This document shows positions 8,547 to 16,319 of a stretch of DNA of 23,245 nt, one piece after another. Location: NCBI GenBank assembly GCA_043753995.1, contig JAYUVP010000163.1, positions 1 through 23,245 on the forward strand. The letters are read 5' to 3'. Position 1 is the stretch's first letter. The number at the start of each line of letters is the position of its first letter. The translations under genes were made by a program, and so were the position numbers. The stretch comes from Fibrobacterota bacterium. Lineage in GTDB: Bacteria; Fibrobacterota; Fibrobacteria; UBA11236. The notes under the pieces are model-generated. The model ran no database searches. It was not told the origin of the DNA and saw only the letters and a program-made list of their open reading frames with translations.

Positions 8547-9635
8547 ATGGACGCCCTGCCCTTCATCAATACCACGCCTTATGCGGCCGAGCCCATGCCC
8601 ATGCTCGATACCGAGGGGCGTGAGACTCTGGTCATTCTTGCGCAAGCGACTTTCGACATTCCCCTGAAAGGGCCGCTCAAGCTCGCCGAGAAGCAACGCA
8701 AAATTGAAACCGGCGGAATGTGGTGGGGTGAACCTGGACTCAGCAGCTTGCGCTTCGAACCGCAAATTGCGCCTTGGAAACCTGGCACGGACATTGTGCT
8801 GCATGGGCATGCGCATCCGAAACAAGTCGGAGATATTTGGGTGGATGCAGGCATACGCTTAGGAGCAAACCAAGTGCTGGCTCGGGTTTTCGGCGAGCGG
8901 GAATGGGTGAGAGCCGCGGGCTGGGTCTTAGGCAAGGCCAAAGCCATGGAGCCCACGCCCTTGATTTGGGAACATGCCTTTGGCGGATGGGATCGAAGCC
9001 ATCCAGATCCCAATAAACATCGCTATGAAAAACGAAACCTCTTGGGAGTCGGCTTCGGAGTGGAGCCCGGCAAGGATCGCCCCAAAGTTCCACGCATCGA
9101 ATCCCCTGAGCATTTAATCACATCCCCTGGCGATAGGCCACCGCCTGTGGGCTTTGGTTTTATCGGCGGCGAATGGGAACCACGCAGCAAATTGGCCGGG
9201 ACCTATGATGCGAGGTGGCAAGAAGATCGCATGCCTCTATTACCTGCTGATTTCGATAAGCGGTTTTTCCAATCCGCACCTGTAGCCTTGCAAACACCTG
9301 CGCCCTTGCGGGGGAATGAACTACTGCAATTGATCGGCGTATCCAATCGCGGACCTATCAGTGTAAGCCTACCCGGTATACCGCCCCCGCGAGCGCGAAT
9401 TGTAGGGATGGCGGATGGTGAAAGGCCGGTGAACATGGCCCTGGACACCGTCATTGTCGACACGGACGCTCATCAGGTTTTATTGCTTTGGCGCGGCCAT
9501 GCCGTGTTACCTGGCGGCCTGCAAAGCATCGAATCTATCGGGTTGGGCGAGCCTAAACCGCAGGAGCCCGCCTTCCTTTTTGTTCCACTCACCGACGAAG
9601 AATTGGCCGCCGAAGCGGTAAGCGAGGGCACATGA
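8547..9635 (+). CDS. DUF2169 family T6SS accessory/chaperone protein
   Basis: NTTPY, LVILAQATF, WGEPGLSSLRFE, KPGTDIVLHGHAH, VFGEREW, PLIWEHAFGG, PVGFGFI, WEPRSKLAGTYDARW, PLLPADFDKRFFQSAP, LRGNE, LDTVIVD and LLWRG. Confidence 0.95.
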   Translation: MDALPFINTTPYAAEPMPMLDTEGRETLVILAQATFDIPLKGPLKLAEKQRKIETGGMWWGEPGLSSLRFEPQIAPWKPGTDIVLHGHAHPKQVGDIWVDAGIRLGANQVLARVFGEREWVRAAGWVLGKAKAMEPTPLIWEHAFGGWDRSHPDPNKHRYEKRNLLGVGFGVEPGKDRPKVPRIESPEHLITSPGDRPPPVGFGFIGGEWEPRSKLAGTYDARWQEDRMPLLPADFDKRFFQSAPVALQTPAPLRGNELLQLIGVSNRGPISVSLPGIPPPRARIVGMADGERPVNMALDTVIVDTDAHQVLLLWRGHAVLPGGLQSIESIGLGEPKPQEPAFLFVPLTDEELAAEAVSEGT

Positions 9636-9678
9636 AAATTCATTCGCAGATGCCGCCAACTCACCTGGGGGAGGTCCC

Positions 9679-10140
9679 ATGCCGGTTTCCGTAGGGGCGA
9701 ATAATATGTCCGTTGTGCATAAAGGCAGCAATGGCATTAGTCCCGCCTTTCCCGATGTCTGCAAAACGCCCGCGCCGCCAGCGCCTTTCGTACCCATTCC
9801 CTATCCCAATATCGCCCAGTCTTCTCAATTGGCGAGTGGTAGCGACACAGTGAAGGCCGATGGCCAAATGATCGCTCACAAAGACGCCAATTTCAGCATG
9901 AGCAATGGCGACGAAGCGGGATCGCTTATGGGCATAGCCTCTAGCAAAATCAAGGGCAAGGCCGAATTCGTCAATGCCTCCTTCGACGTGAAAATCGAAG
10001 GCAAGGGCGTGGCGAGGCTATTTGATCCGATGTTGCACAATGACAAGAATACGCCACCCATGCCGGTCTTGCAGGGGCCGGTCATTGTGATTGCTTTGGA
10101 CGAGAAGCCGAAGTGTTTGTGTTGCGATAAGGAGATGTAA
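9679..10140 (+). CDS. Stand-alone DUF4150 (PAAR-like, PIPY) spike-tip protein
   Basis: VVHKGSNG, AFPDVCKTPAPPAPFVPIPYPNIA, SNGDEAG, GKAEF, SFDVKIEGKGVARLFDPMLHN. Strong RBS GGGGAGG; C-terminal CLCC. Confidence 0.95.
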   Translation: MPVSVGANNMSVVHKGSNGISPAFPDVCKTPAPPAPFVPIPYPNIAQSSQLASGSDTVKADGQMIAHKDANFSMSNGDEAGSLMGIASSKIKGKAEFVNASFDVKIEGKGVARLFDPMLHNDKNTPPMPVLQGPVIVIALDEKPKCLCCDKEM

Positions 10141-10141
10141 G

Positions 10142-11302
10142 ATGGGGAAGAAGGAAGAGAAAAAGGAACATTTTTCCATACTAAGTGAAAATGTGCATCT
10201 CGGAACAAAAATTTTCGGAGGAGGACAATGTTTGAATAAACACGGCCTTCCCCCTAAGGAAACTTCACCGAAGAATCACTATAAAAGTAGCGCCGAATAC
10301 ACTCCAAATTGCAGCTGTTCCTATCGATGGCAAGGAAAATTCTCCGAAAACAATATCCCGAGTATCTTTTGCAAAGATCGACCTGAATTATTAAAAAGAA
10401 TGCGTACGATTCTAAACTTTAAGCCTCCCGCATCTACATCAGAAGGATCACGGTCCGAATTTAAAAAGGCATCCGCAACCTTTAAACAAGCAATTTCCGG
10501 AGTTACCGGAATCGATGTTGGCAAAAAAAATAAGGCTGGATTTTTCTATCCCGCAGGCTATGGAAGAACTCTTAACCTCCCAAGGGAAGGACTGAAAGGG
10601 GATTGGTATCCGAAAGGACCTGATGAGCCAGGCTATATCAATGTTCCTATCAAAAACGTAGCTCGTGAGAAGAAAAAGCAAAGGCTGATTAATGATAAGA
10701 ATAGAACCCCAGCAGAGAAAAAAGCGATTTTTGATAAATTGGTTTCTGGCGAAATAAATTTGGATGCGATACCAGTTGGGCAAAATTTTACAAGCCAAAG
10801 CTGGCCATATTGGAATAATCATCACCACTTGATTTCAGCTGGTTTGTTTAAAAAAGAAATCGGTGTGATTGCACAAAAACAAGATATTTCATTTCAAACA
10901 TTTGCTGACTGGCTCGGATCTTCGCCATTTAATATTCATTATAGGGAGAACATGCTAATTTTACCAATGGATACGACAATATCTTTTTTGCTTGGGCTTC
11001 CACGCCACATTCGCTTTGAACTAATAATAATTGATGATACCGGAAATGTTTGCAGCAGAACTCAGGCAAGCCACCCCCAATACGACAAATATATCAAATC
11101 AAAAATCACTCCTGTCCTAAAAGAAGCAGCGAGCGCCTTCAAAAAGGGAGAGGGGCACCCAAGTGCAATTCAAGTAAATGAAAAAATATCTGAAAAGCTT
11201 TACAATATTTCAAAATCAACTTCAGACGAACTAATTAAATTTGGGAGCGCGTCGACAATACCTACGACAACAGATCACATGCTTAACAAGAGCCAAAAAT
11301 AA
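10142..11302 (+). CDS. AHH-family (HNH/EndoVII-fold) nuclease toxin, putative T6SS effector
   Basis: WPYWNNHHHLIS (AHH-like), FNIHYRENMLILPMD, LGLPRH and SHPQY; basic protein directly after DUF4150 and before immunity-like genes. RBS TAAGGAG at 10128-10134 supports ATG 10142 over the TTG at 10091. Confidence 0.82.
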   Translation: MGKKEEKKEHFSILSENVHLGTKIFGGGQCLNKHGLPPKETSPKNHYKSSAEYTPNCSCSYRWQGKFSENNIPSIFCKDRPELLKRMRTILNFKPPASTSEGSRSEFKKASATFKQAISGVTGIDVGKKNKAGFFYPAGYGRTLNLPREGLKGDWYPKGPDEPGYINVPIKNVAREKKKQRLINDKNRTPAEKKAIFDKLVSGEINLDAIPVGQNFTSQSWPYWNNHHHLISAGLFKKEIGVIAQKQDISFQTFADWLGSSPFNIHYRENMLILPMDTTISFLLGLPRHIRFELIIIDDTGNVCSRTQASHPQYDKYIKSKITPVLKEAASAFKKGEGHPSAIQVNEKISEKLYNISKSTSDELIKFGSASTIPTTTDHMLNKSQK

Positions 11303-11303
11303 T

Positions 11304-11888
11304 ATGCGCTATTTACAGATTCAAACACTTACACCTTCCGCTTCCTCTCGTATTGAAATTGAGGAATACGTAAGCGGCATCAAGCCCACGGAATTCGATG
11401 CCGTAGACAACGGCGAAAGAACAGAGGCGTCTTGGAATCCGGAGGCAACATTTAAGAGCAGCAAAATAAGGGGCAAGCCAGAATTTCCTTGCCTCGTATC
11501 AAATACTGATCGATACCTGATTTTAGATAAAATGGTTGCGTTTCGCTTCAAAGAATTGCTACAGGACATTATTGAAATTTTACCAATCAAAATAGTTTCT
11601 GAAAAAGGAGCCTTGATTTCGGAAGACTATCGAATAATTAATCCATTGGGAACCTACGATTGTTTGGACCCTGTAGCGTCTGAATTCGCGTATTCAAAAA
11701 AGTATCCTGATAGCGTTATTGGAGTTGGAAAGTATGTAATTAGCAAAAAGAAAGCTGATTCTCTTCCACCCTTATTCCGAGTAAAGGAGGAGCCTGGGAT
11801 TTTTATTATGACATTCGAATTTCTTGAATCATTAAAACTCTCACCCCTTCCTAATTTTTTAGTTCTCGAATTGGATGTTGTTGAATGA
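11304..11888 (+). CDS. Imm11/DUF1629-like immunity protein (probable cognate of the AHH toxin)
   Basis: ATG lies 1 nt after the toxin stop. Motifs NTDRYLILD, IEILPIKI, YRIINPLGTYDCLDPVASEF and LPPLFRVKE match the Imm11 pattern known to accompany AHH nucleases. Same low GC as the toxin. Confidence 0.8.
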   Translation: MRYLQIQTLTPSASSRIEIEEYVSGIKPTEFDAVDNGERTEASWNPEATFKSSKIRGKPEFPCLVSNTDRYLILDKMVAFRFKELLQDIIEILPIKIVSEKGALISEDYRIINPLGTYDCLDPVASEFAYSKKYPDSVIGVGKYVISKKKADSLPPLFRVKEEPGIFIMTFEFLESLKLSPLPNFLVLELDVVE

Positions 11889-12631
11889 TACCTCTACCAA
11901 TAATATCCTCCAATGTACTTGCGGATGCTACCGGGCATTTTGCAGGTACCGAGGTATGGACTATTGATGGAGCCCTACTCACAGCCACCCTCCTCTCCCA
12001 AGCCGGCATCGCCGAATTCTTCATGGCCGGCGAAATCGACGACCTCGCCGAACGCGCCTTGCAAGCCTCGCATTTCCTCACCGAAACCCTGCGGGCTCAT
12101 GGTGACCAAGGCTGGGGCCCCGCCTGCCTAGACGCCCTCCTCCCCGCGCTCGCATTCAATGAGAGCCAGCTGGAGCCATCCCTGTTTGCCTGGGTCTCCG
12201 CCCATTTCCAAGCCCACGGCTATTACGATGCCGATCAGGGAACATGCCTGCTACTCCTGCATTTGCTCAAACACACTCCCCTGCCCGATAGCGTAACAAC
12301 TGGCCTTCTCGCCGACGGCTCGAATGATGCCACGCAAAGAATGGCCATCGCCGACGCCGCCCGAAGCCTGGATTCGCCGGCCTTCAATATTGCCTTGGCC
12401 GAACGCATGGAATCGCTTCGCGAGGAATTGCGCGAGAAGTGTGAATCAGATGAATTCACCGAAGAGCAGCAATTGACTCTGGCCAAACTTTCCTTTGAAG
12501 GCTTGGCTTGGATACGCGCTGGCGAAAGGTTGGCCTTGCAAATCGATGATGAGTTTCCCCTGACGCCTTTCTCGGCGCGGGCTGGCCAGAAAACCTTTGC
12601 TTATGAACCCGAGAGTTGGCGTGAAGAATAA
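11885..12631 (+). CDS. Imm49-like alpha-helical immunity/accessory protein
   Basis: ATGA overlap with the previous gene. Acidic and helical; the C-terminal DSPAFNIALAERMES...LSFEGLAWIRAGERLALQIDDEFPLTP resembles the Imm49 C-terminal signature. Confidence 0.62.
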   Translation: MIPLPIISSNVLADATGHFAGTEVWTIDGALLTATLLSQAGIAEFFMAGEIDDLAERALQASHFLTETLRAHGDQGWGPACLDALLPALAFNESQLEPSLFAWVSAHFQAHGYYDADQGTCLLLLHLLKHTPLPDSVTTGLLADGSNDATQRMAIADAARSLDSPAFNIALAERMESLREELREKCESDEFTEEQQLTLAKLSFEGLAWIRAGERLALQIDDEFPLTPFSARAGQKTFAYEPESWREE

Positions 12632-12656
12632 TCTTTGTCACAGTAGGAAATAAATC

Positions 12657-13754
12657 ATGCCTCTCGCCATTACCGGCATGGGTGCCCTCACTTCCTTGGC
12701 GAATGGCATCGTGCCTTCCGCTGCGGCATTTCGCGCGGGTTTGGTGCGTCCCCGGGATGTGCCTTTTCAGGCACTCGACGATGAGGGTGGAGGATCGCCC
12801 ATACAGGGGCATCCCGCAGCGGCGGAATTGGATGGCTTTTTTCAATTCGGCTTGTGGCGGCAAATGCTGAATGGGTCGCTCAGGGATTTGCTTCGCAATG
12901 ATTTGATGCGGCTGAAGCAGCCTATGGAAGCCCTGAAAACTCTCGCTATAGTCCCCTTGCCGATTTGGGAAGAGGATCGCTTCACCTATGAGTTTGAGGA
13001 TGATTTCACGGGGATTTCCGAAGTGATGGCCACGCCCGCCTTGCGGGAAATAAAACTCCCTATTCCGCCCGATCAACATCGCTATCCTGGCTTCGGGCAT
13101 GTCGCTTGGATACGTGGTCTCGAATCCGCCATGGCCTTGGCCGACGAGGCGCAAATGCTGGATGCCTTAATGCTTTGCGCCGAGAGCTATGTCGACGAAT
13201 ACAGTTTGAATTGGCTCTCGCAAAACAATCGCTTGAAAAATCCCGCCGCCCCTGCGGGCCTTATGCCGGGGCAAGCCTCGGTGGCCTTGCGGCTCACGGC
13301 GACAGGGCTCGGGCAATTGCAAGAGACCCAACCTTTGGGCCTGGTTTTTCGCGCCGCGTCGCTCGAAGGCATAGGCGAAGTGCTCGGCAAGGAAAGACAG
13401 ATTGCGAAAAATTTGTCGCTATGCGCGCAAAAGCTTTGGGGCGATGCCAAAGGCTCTTTTCCAGGTTCGCTTTATATCGATTTGAATGGCGAAGCTTGGC
13501 GCGGAAAAATGTTCGGGTACTTTCAGGTCTTAACGCAGAAGTTTTTGGCTTGGGAAAATATCCAAGTGATTATGCCGGCCGAATGCTTTGGTGAAACCGG
13601 CATTGCCTCCGGGCCTCTCGCCATGGCCTTGGCCTTAAGGGCCTTTGCCCGTCAGTATGCCGACTTTCCCTATTCCATGATTCTCTCGGTAGGCGACGAC
13701 GGATCCGTAGGTGGCGTGCTAGTGAAATCCTGTGAGCAAGGTGGAAAAACGTGA
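12657..13754 (+). CDS. Ketoacyl-ACP-synthase/thiolase-fold T6SS accessory protein (PRK06147-like), probably non-catalytic
   Basis: LAITGMGALTSL...SAAAFRAGL, AESYVD, GLMPGQAS, DLNGEAWR, PAECFGETGIASG and SVGDDG are the motifs of the KAS-like proteins encoded in DUF2169/DUF4150 clusters. Confidence 0.85.
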   Translation: MPLAITGMGALTSLANGIVPSAAAFRAGLVRPRDVPFQALDDEGGGSPIQGHPAAAELDGFFQFGLWRQMLNGSLRDLLRNDLMRLKQPMEALKTLAIVPLPIWEEDRFTYEFEDDFTGISEVMATPALREIKLPIPPDQHRYPGFGHVAWIRGLESAMALADEAQMLDALMLCAESYVDEYSLNWLSQNNRLKNPAAPAGLMPGQASVALRLTATGLGQLQETQPLGLVFRAASLEGIGEVLGKERQIAKNLSLCAQKLWGDAKGSFPGSLYIDLNGEAWRGKMFGYFQVLTQKFLAWENIQVIMPAECFGETGIASGPLAMALALRAFARQYADFPYSMILSVGDDGSVGGVLVKSCEQGGKT

Positions 13755-15079
13755 ACACTCCGGTCCTGCAATTGCAAAGCGAGGCGCCACCCTCTCCGAA
13801 GCTGAAACGTTACGCATCCACTCAAGGGCATGGGCTTTCCCTCATCGAAGAGCATTATGAAGAAGCCGCGACCTTGTGGGCGCAGCGGCAATTATTGGCT
13901 TCCCAGGAAGACATCCCCTGGACGCGCGTCGGGGCTTTTGAAAATCGCTTTGAGGCCCATCTCGATGCCTTGGTTCTAAGCGGAGAAAAAGCTGAGCGCA
14001 TGGGGCTGGAGCGCTTCGCGGAAAATCCCGAATATCTCCCGGTGTTGATTAGCCTTGTATGCCGCAACGGTAATCACAAAGCGTTTCATCAAATTCTCAG
14101 CGAAATGGACACCGAGGATGCGCATATCGAGGCTTTAGAAAAAGCCATGGATGCCGAAATCCCCAGCGCATGGGTGCTCAAGACTTGGGATTGGACCTTG
14201 GAAACAAAACCGGAATTGGCCAAAACCATTCTGAAGGTTGGCGCTACTCGTCCATTGGAATTCGATATTCGATCCGTGCTCAATGCCCATGACAAGGGTC
14301 AAATCCCTTCAAGCACGATTTACGAATTCATCCATCTTGGCAAGCGGTTGGCCTATTTGCCATGGCTCAAGACTCAACCCATTTGGACCGAAGAGGCAGC
14401 TTCCCGTCACGAAGGCATTCATGCTTACTTGGCTTGTGGTGAAATCGCCTGTCTTTCTCCTTTGATGGAAAAGGCGAGAAATGGCGATCATCATGCTTTG
14501 AAATTAGGTTCCCTATTGGATTCACTGGCCCTTCGGGACGCCCTAATCAAGCAGGCCAAGCCCGATGAAATCGATTGGGATTTGGCTATGAGCTTGGTGC
14601 ATTCCGGCAATATTCAATCGATACCGATACTCATTGAAAAACTCTCCTCGCCCGGTTCCGTGGAAGCGGCGGCTTGGGCCTTGCAATGCATTACCGGCGC
14701 GGATTTGCTTGAAACTCATTTGGAGTTGGACCCCGATGACAACCCCTCGCCCGCCTTGGTGGAATTAAGAATTCAAAAAGGCTTTTCCCCGCAACAAGGG
14801 GAAGTCCTAGAAAGACCCGCACGGGATCCGCAAATCTGGAAATCCTGGTGGGAGAAAAACCAAGCGCGCTTCCCAGCGTCGATAGCATTGCGCCTAGGAC
14901 GGCCATGGAATGCCACAACCCTTTTGGGATCACTCCAGGATCCACAGACAAATTATCGTCTTCATCGCATGACTTTTCAGGAGTGGCGCTTTCGATTGGG
15001 GCGATTCAACCTTGGTTTTCGATACCCAAGCGTGAATCAATGGAAAAAGTATTTTGCAGGTTTTACCCATTCACTCTGA
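13751..15079 (+). CDS. TIGR02270-like (helical/HEAT-like repeat) T6SS cluster protein
   Basis: GTGA overlap with the previous gene. IEEHYEEAATLWAQR, FENRFEAHLDAL, IPILIEKL, AAAWALQCITGADL and WWEKNQARFP...LRLGRP. Confidence 0.85.
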   Translation: MNTPVLQLQSEAPPSPKLKRYASTQGHGLSLIEEHYEEAATLWAQRQLLASQEDIPWTRVGAFENRFEAHLDALVLSGEKAERMGLERFAENPEYLPVLISLVCRNGNHKAFHQILSEMDTEDAHIEALEKAMDAEIPSAWVLKTWDWTLETKPELAKTILKVGATRPLEFDIRSVLNAHDKGQIPSSTIYEFIHLGKRLAYLPWLKTQPIWTEEAASRHEGIHAYLACGEIACLSPLMEKARNGDHHALKLGSLLDSLALRDALIKQAKPDEIDWDLAMSLVHSGNIQSIPILIEKLSSPGSVEAAAWALQCITGADLLETHLELDPDDNPSPALVELRIQKGFSPQQGEVLERPARDPQIWKSWWEKNQARFPASIALRLGRPWNATTLLGSLQDPQTNYRLHRMTFQEWRFRLGRFNLGFRYPSVNQWKKYFAGFTHSL

Positions 15080-15132
15080 GCAACCTGGAAAACGTCTTAA
15101 TGGGTAACCTACCCTTCTCTTTGGGAGACTTC

Positions 15133-15585
15133 ATGTTCCGTAAAATCAAAACCCCCTTACTCGCCTTTGGTCTATTTAGCGCCGCAATAGCAACCCATGC
15201 CAATCCTTCGCCAGAAGGACGCTGGCGCACCATAGACGATAAAACGGGCAAGCCCAAATCCATAGTCCGGCTTTGGGTCGACAAGGGCGAATTGCTGGGT
15301 CAAATCGATTCCATTTTTCCGGGACCGGATATCGACACGGATCCGAAATGCGATGAATGCCCAGATGATTTTAAAGGCAAGCGCACCCGCAGTCTGCATT
15401 TCTTATGGGGAATGAAACAAGACGGAGAGCAATGGGCCGGTGGCAAGGTGCTCGATCCGAAAATCGGGAAAATATATCGCTGCAAAATCGAAGTGGCCCC
15501 GGACAATAAAAGCATTTCCGTGCGGGGCTTTATCGGCGTTTCCCTGCTTGGCCGCTCCCAAAAATGGGAACGGCTCGAAGACTAG
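15133..15585 (+). CDS. DUF2147 family secreted/periplasmic protein
   Basis: Signal peptide MFRKIKTPLLAFGLFSAAIATHA, then SPEGRWRTIDDKTGKPKSIV, CDEC, GGKVLDPKIGKIYRCKI and VRGFIGVSLLGRSQKWER. RBS GGAG precedes ATG 15133. Confidence 0.93.
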   Translation: MFRKIKTPLLAFGLFSAAIATHANPSPEGRWRTIDDKTGKPKSIVRLWVDKGELLGQIDSIFPGPDIDTDPKCDECPDDFKGKRTRSLHFLWGMKQDGEQWAGGKVLDPKIGKIYRCKIEVAPDNKSISVRGFIGVSLLGRSQKWERLED

Positions 15586-15602
15586 GTTCCGTAGCGCCTA
15601 GT

Positions 15603-16043
15603 TTACTTCTTCGCTGGGGTGGGAGCAGGCGTGGCCGGAGTCACTGCCTTTGCATCGTCGCCCTTTTTCGGTTCCATCGATTTTTCCGGCATGCCCATTT
15701 TACCCGGCTTATGGCACATGCCCATATCGTCTCCGGACATGGCGCTGTCTTTCTTGCAGCATTTCGCGCATTCGATTTCGACGCTCTTCACCAGTTTCAA
15801 GTTTTTGTCGTACTTGAGCAATTCATTGCCGCAACGCACCACCACGCCACCGTCGGTGGTGGCCACCAAGGTCGATCCGCCATGGCCGCCCATGCCCATT
15901 GGGCCGCAGTCCGGACCCTTTTTTCCATGAGCGATTTCGCCGCCCATTTTGCCATGACCGGGTTCATGTTCAGCAAGCGCGACGCCAGCCGAGACAAAGG
16001 CCAAAGCCAAAGCGGAAGCCAGAATTCGAATGGGTTTCCACAT
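15603..16043 (-). CDS. Small secreted Met/Cys/His/Lys-rich hypothetical protein (possible metal binder)
   Basis: Signal peptide MWKPIRILASALALAFVSAGVALA and AGGAG RBS. Short core LVATTDGGVVVRCGNELLKYDKNLKLVKSVEI is flanked by Met/His/Cys-rich low-complexity segments. Confidence 0.75.
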   Translation of the reverse strand: MWKPIRILASALALAFVSAGVALAEHEPGHGKMGGEIAHGKKGPDCGPMGMGGHGGSTLVATTDGGVVVRCGNELLKYDKNLKLVKSVEIECAKCCKKDSAMSGDDMGMCHKPGKMGMPEKSMEPKKGDDAKAVTPATPAPTPAKK

Positions 16044-16319
16044 ATTTCGCTCCTAAAGTCGCCTGTATAAGGCATTGTGAATGGCGGTATAATACCAAGA
16101 TGAAGGTGCCATTTCCGCTGAACGGGGGGGATAAGGCGGCGGCATTTTGGCAGGCCAGGCCGCCGGCCCGCATCGAACAGCCAAACGGTGGTCTTTTGAG
16201 CTTAGATGGAGCTCGATACACTTGTTTAACCGATCCCTTGCACTTCGGTGACAATCGGGGAGCCCCATTCGTCTAAGCTTGGTCTACCGCGCAACGGACT
16301 TTTCATTCAGGAGGATTTT

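Noticed and set aside
10091..10144. Frameshifted or pseudogenised DUF4150-AHH fusion (toxin frame is open across the last 50 nt of the tip gene)
   Set aside because: The toxin has its own well-spaced RBS (TAAGGAG, 7 nt before ATG 10142), no obvious slippery sequence is present, and stand-alone DUF4150 genes are a known arrangement.
11241..11303. TTG-started extension of the Imm11-like gene
   Set aside because: It overlaps the toxin 3' end; ATG 11304 directly after the toxin stop is more plausible.
12657..13754. Fatty-acid or polyketide biosynthetic cluster
   Set aside because: There are no ACP, reductase or other FAS/PKS genes, the catalytic residues look absent, and the context is a T6SS accessory locus.
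14848..15132. 95-aa N-terminal extension of DUF2147 in the ORF track
   Set aside because: It overlaps the TIGR02270-like gene in another frame, and the signal peptide and RBS point to ATG 15133.
15581..15602. ACTAGG...CCTAGT inverted repeat between convergent stops
   Set aside because: It is only a 6-bp stem with a 10-nt loop, too weak to call a terminator.
16083..16096. TATAAT -10 box within GGTATAATACC in the divergent intergenic region
   Set aside because: There is no recognisable -35 at the proper spacing on either strand, so a promoter or direction cannot be assigned.
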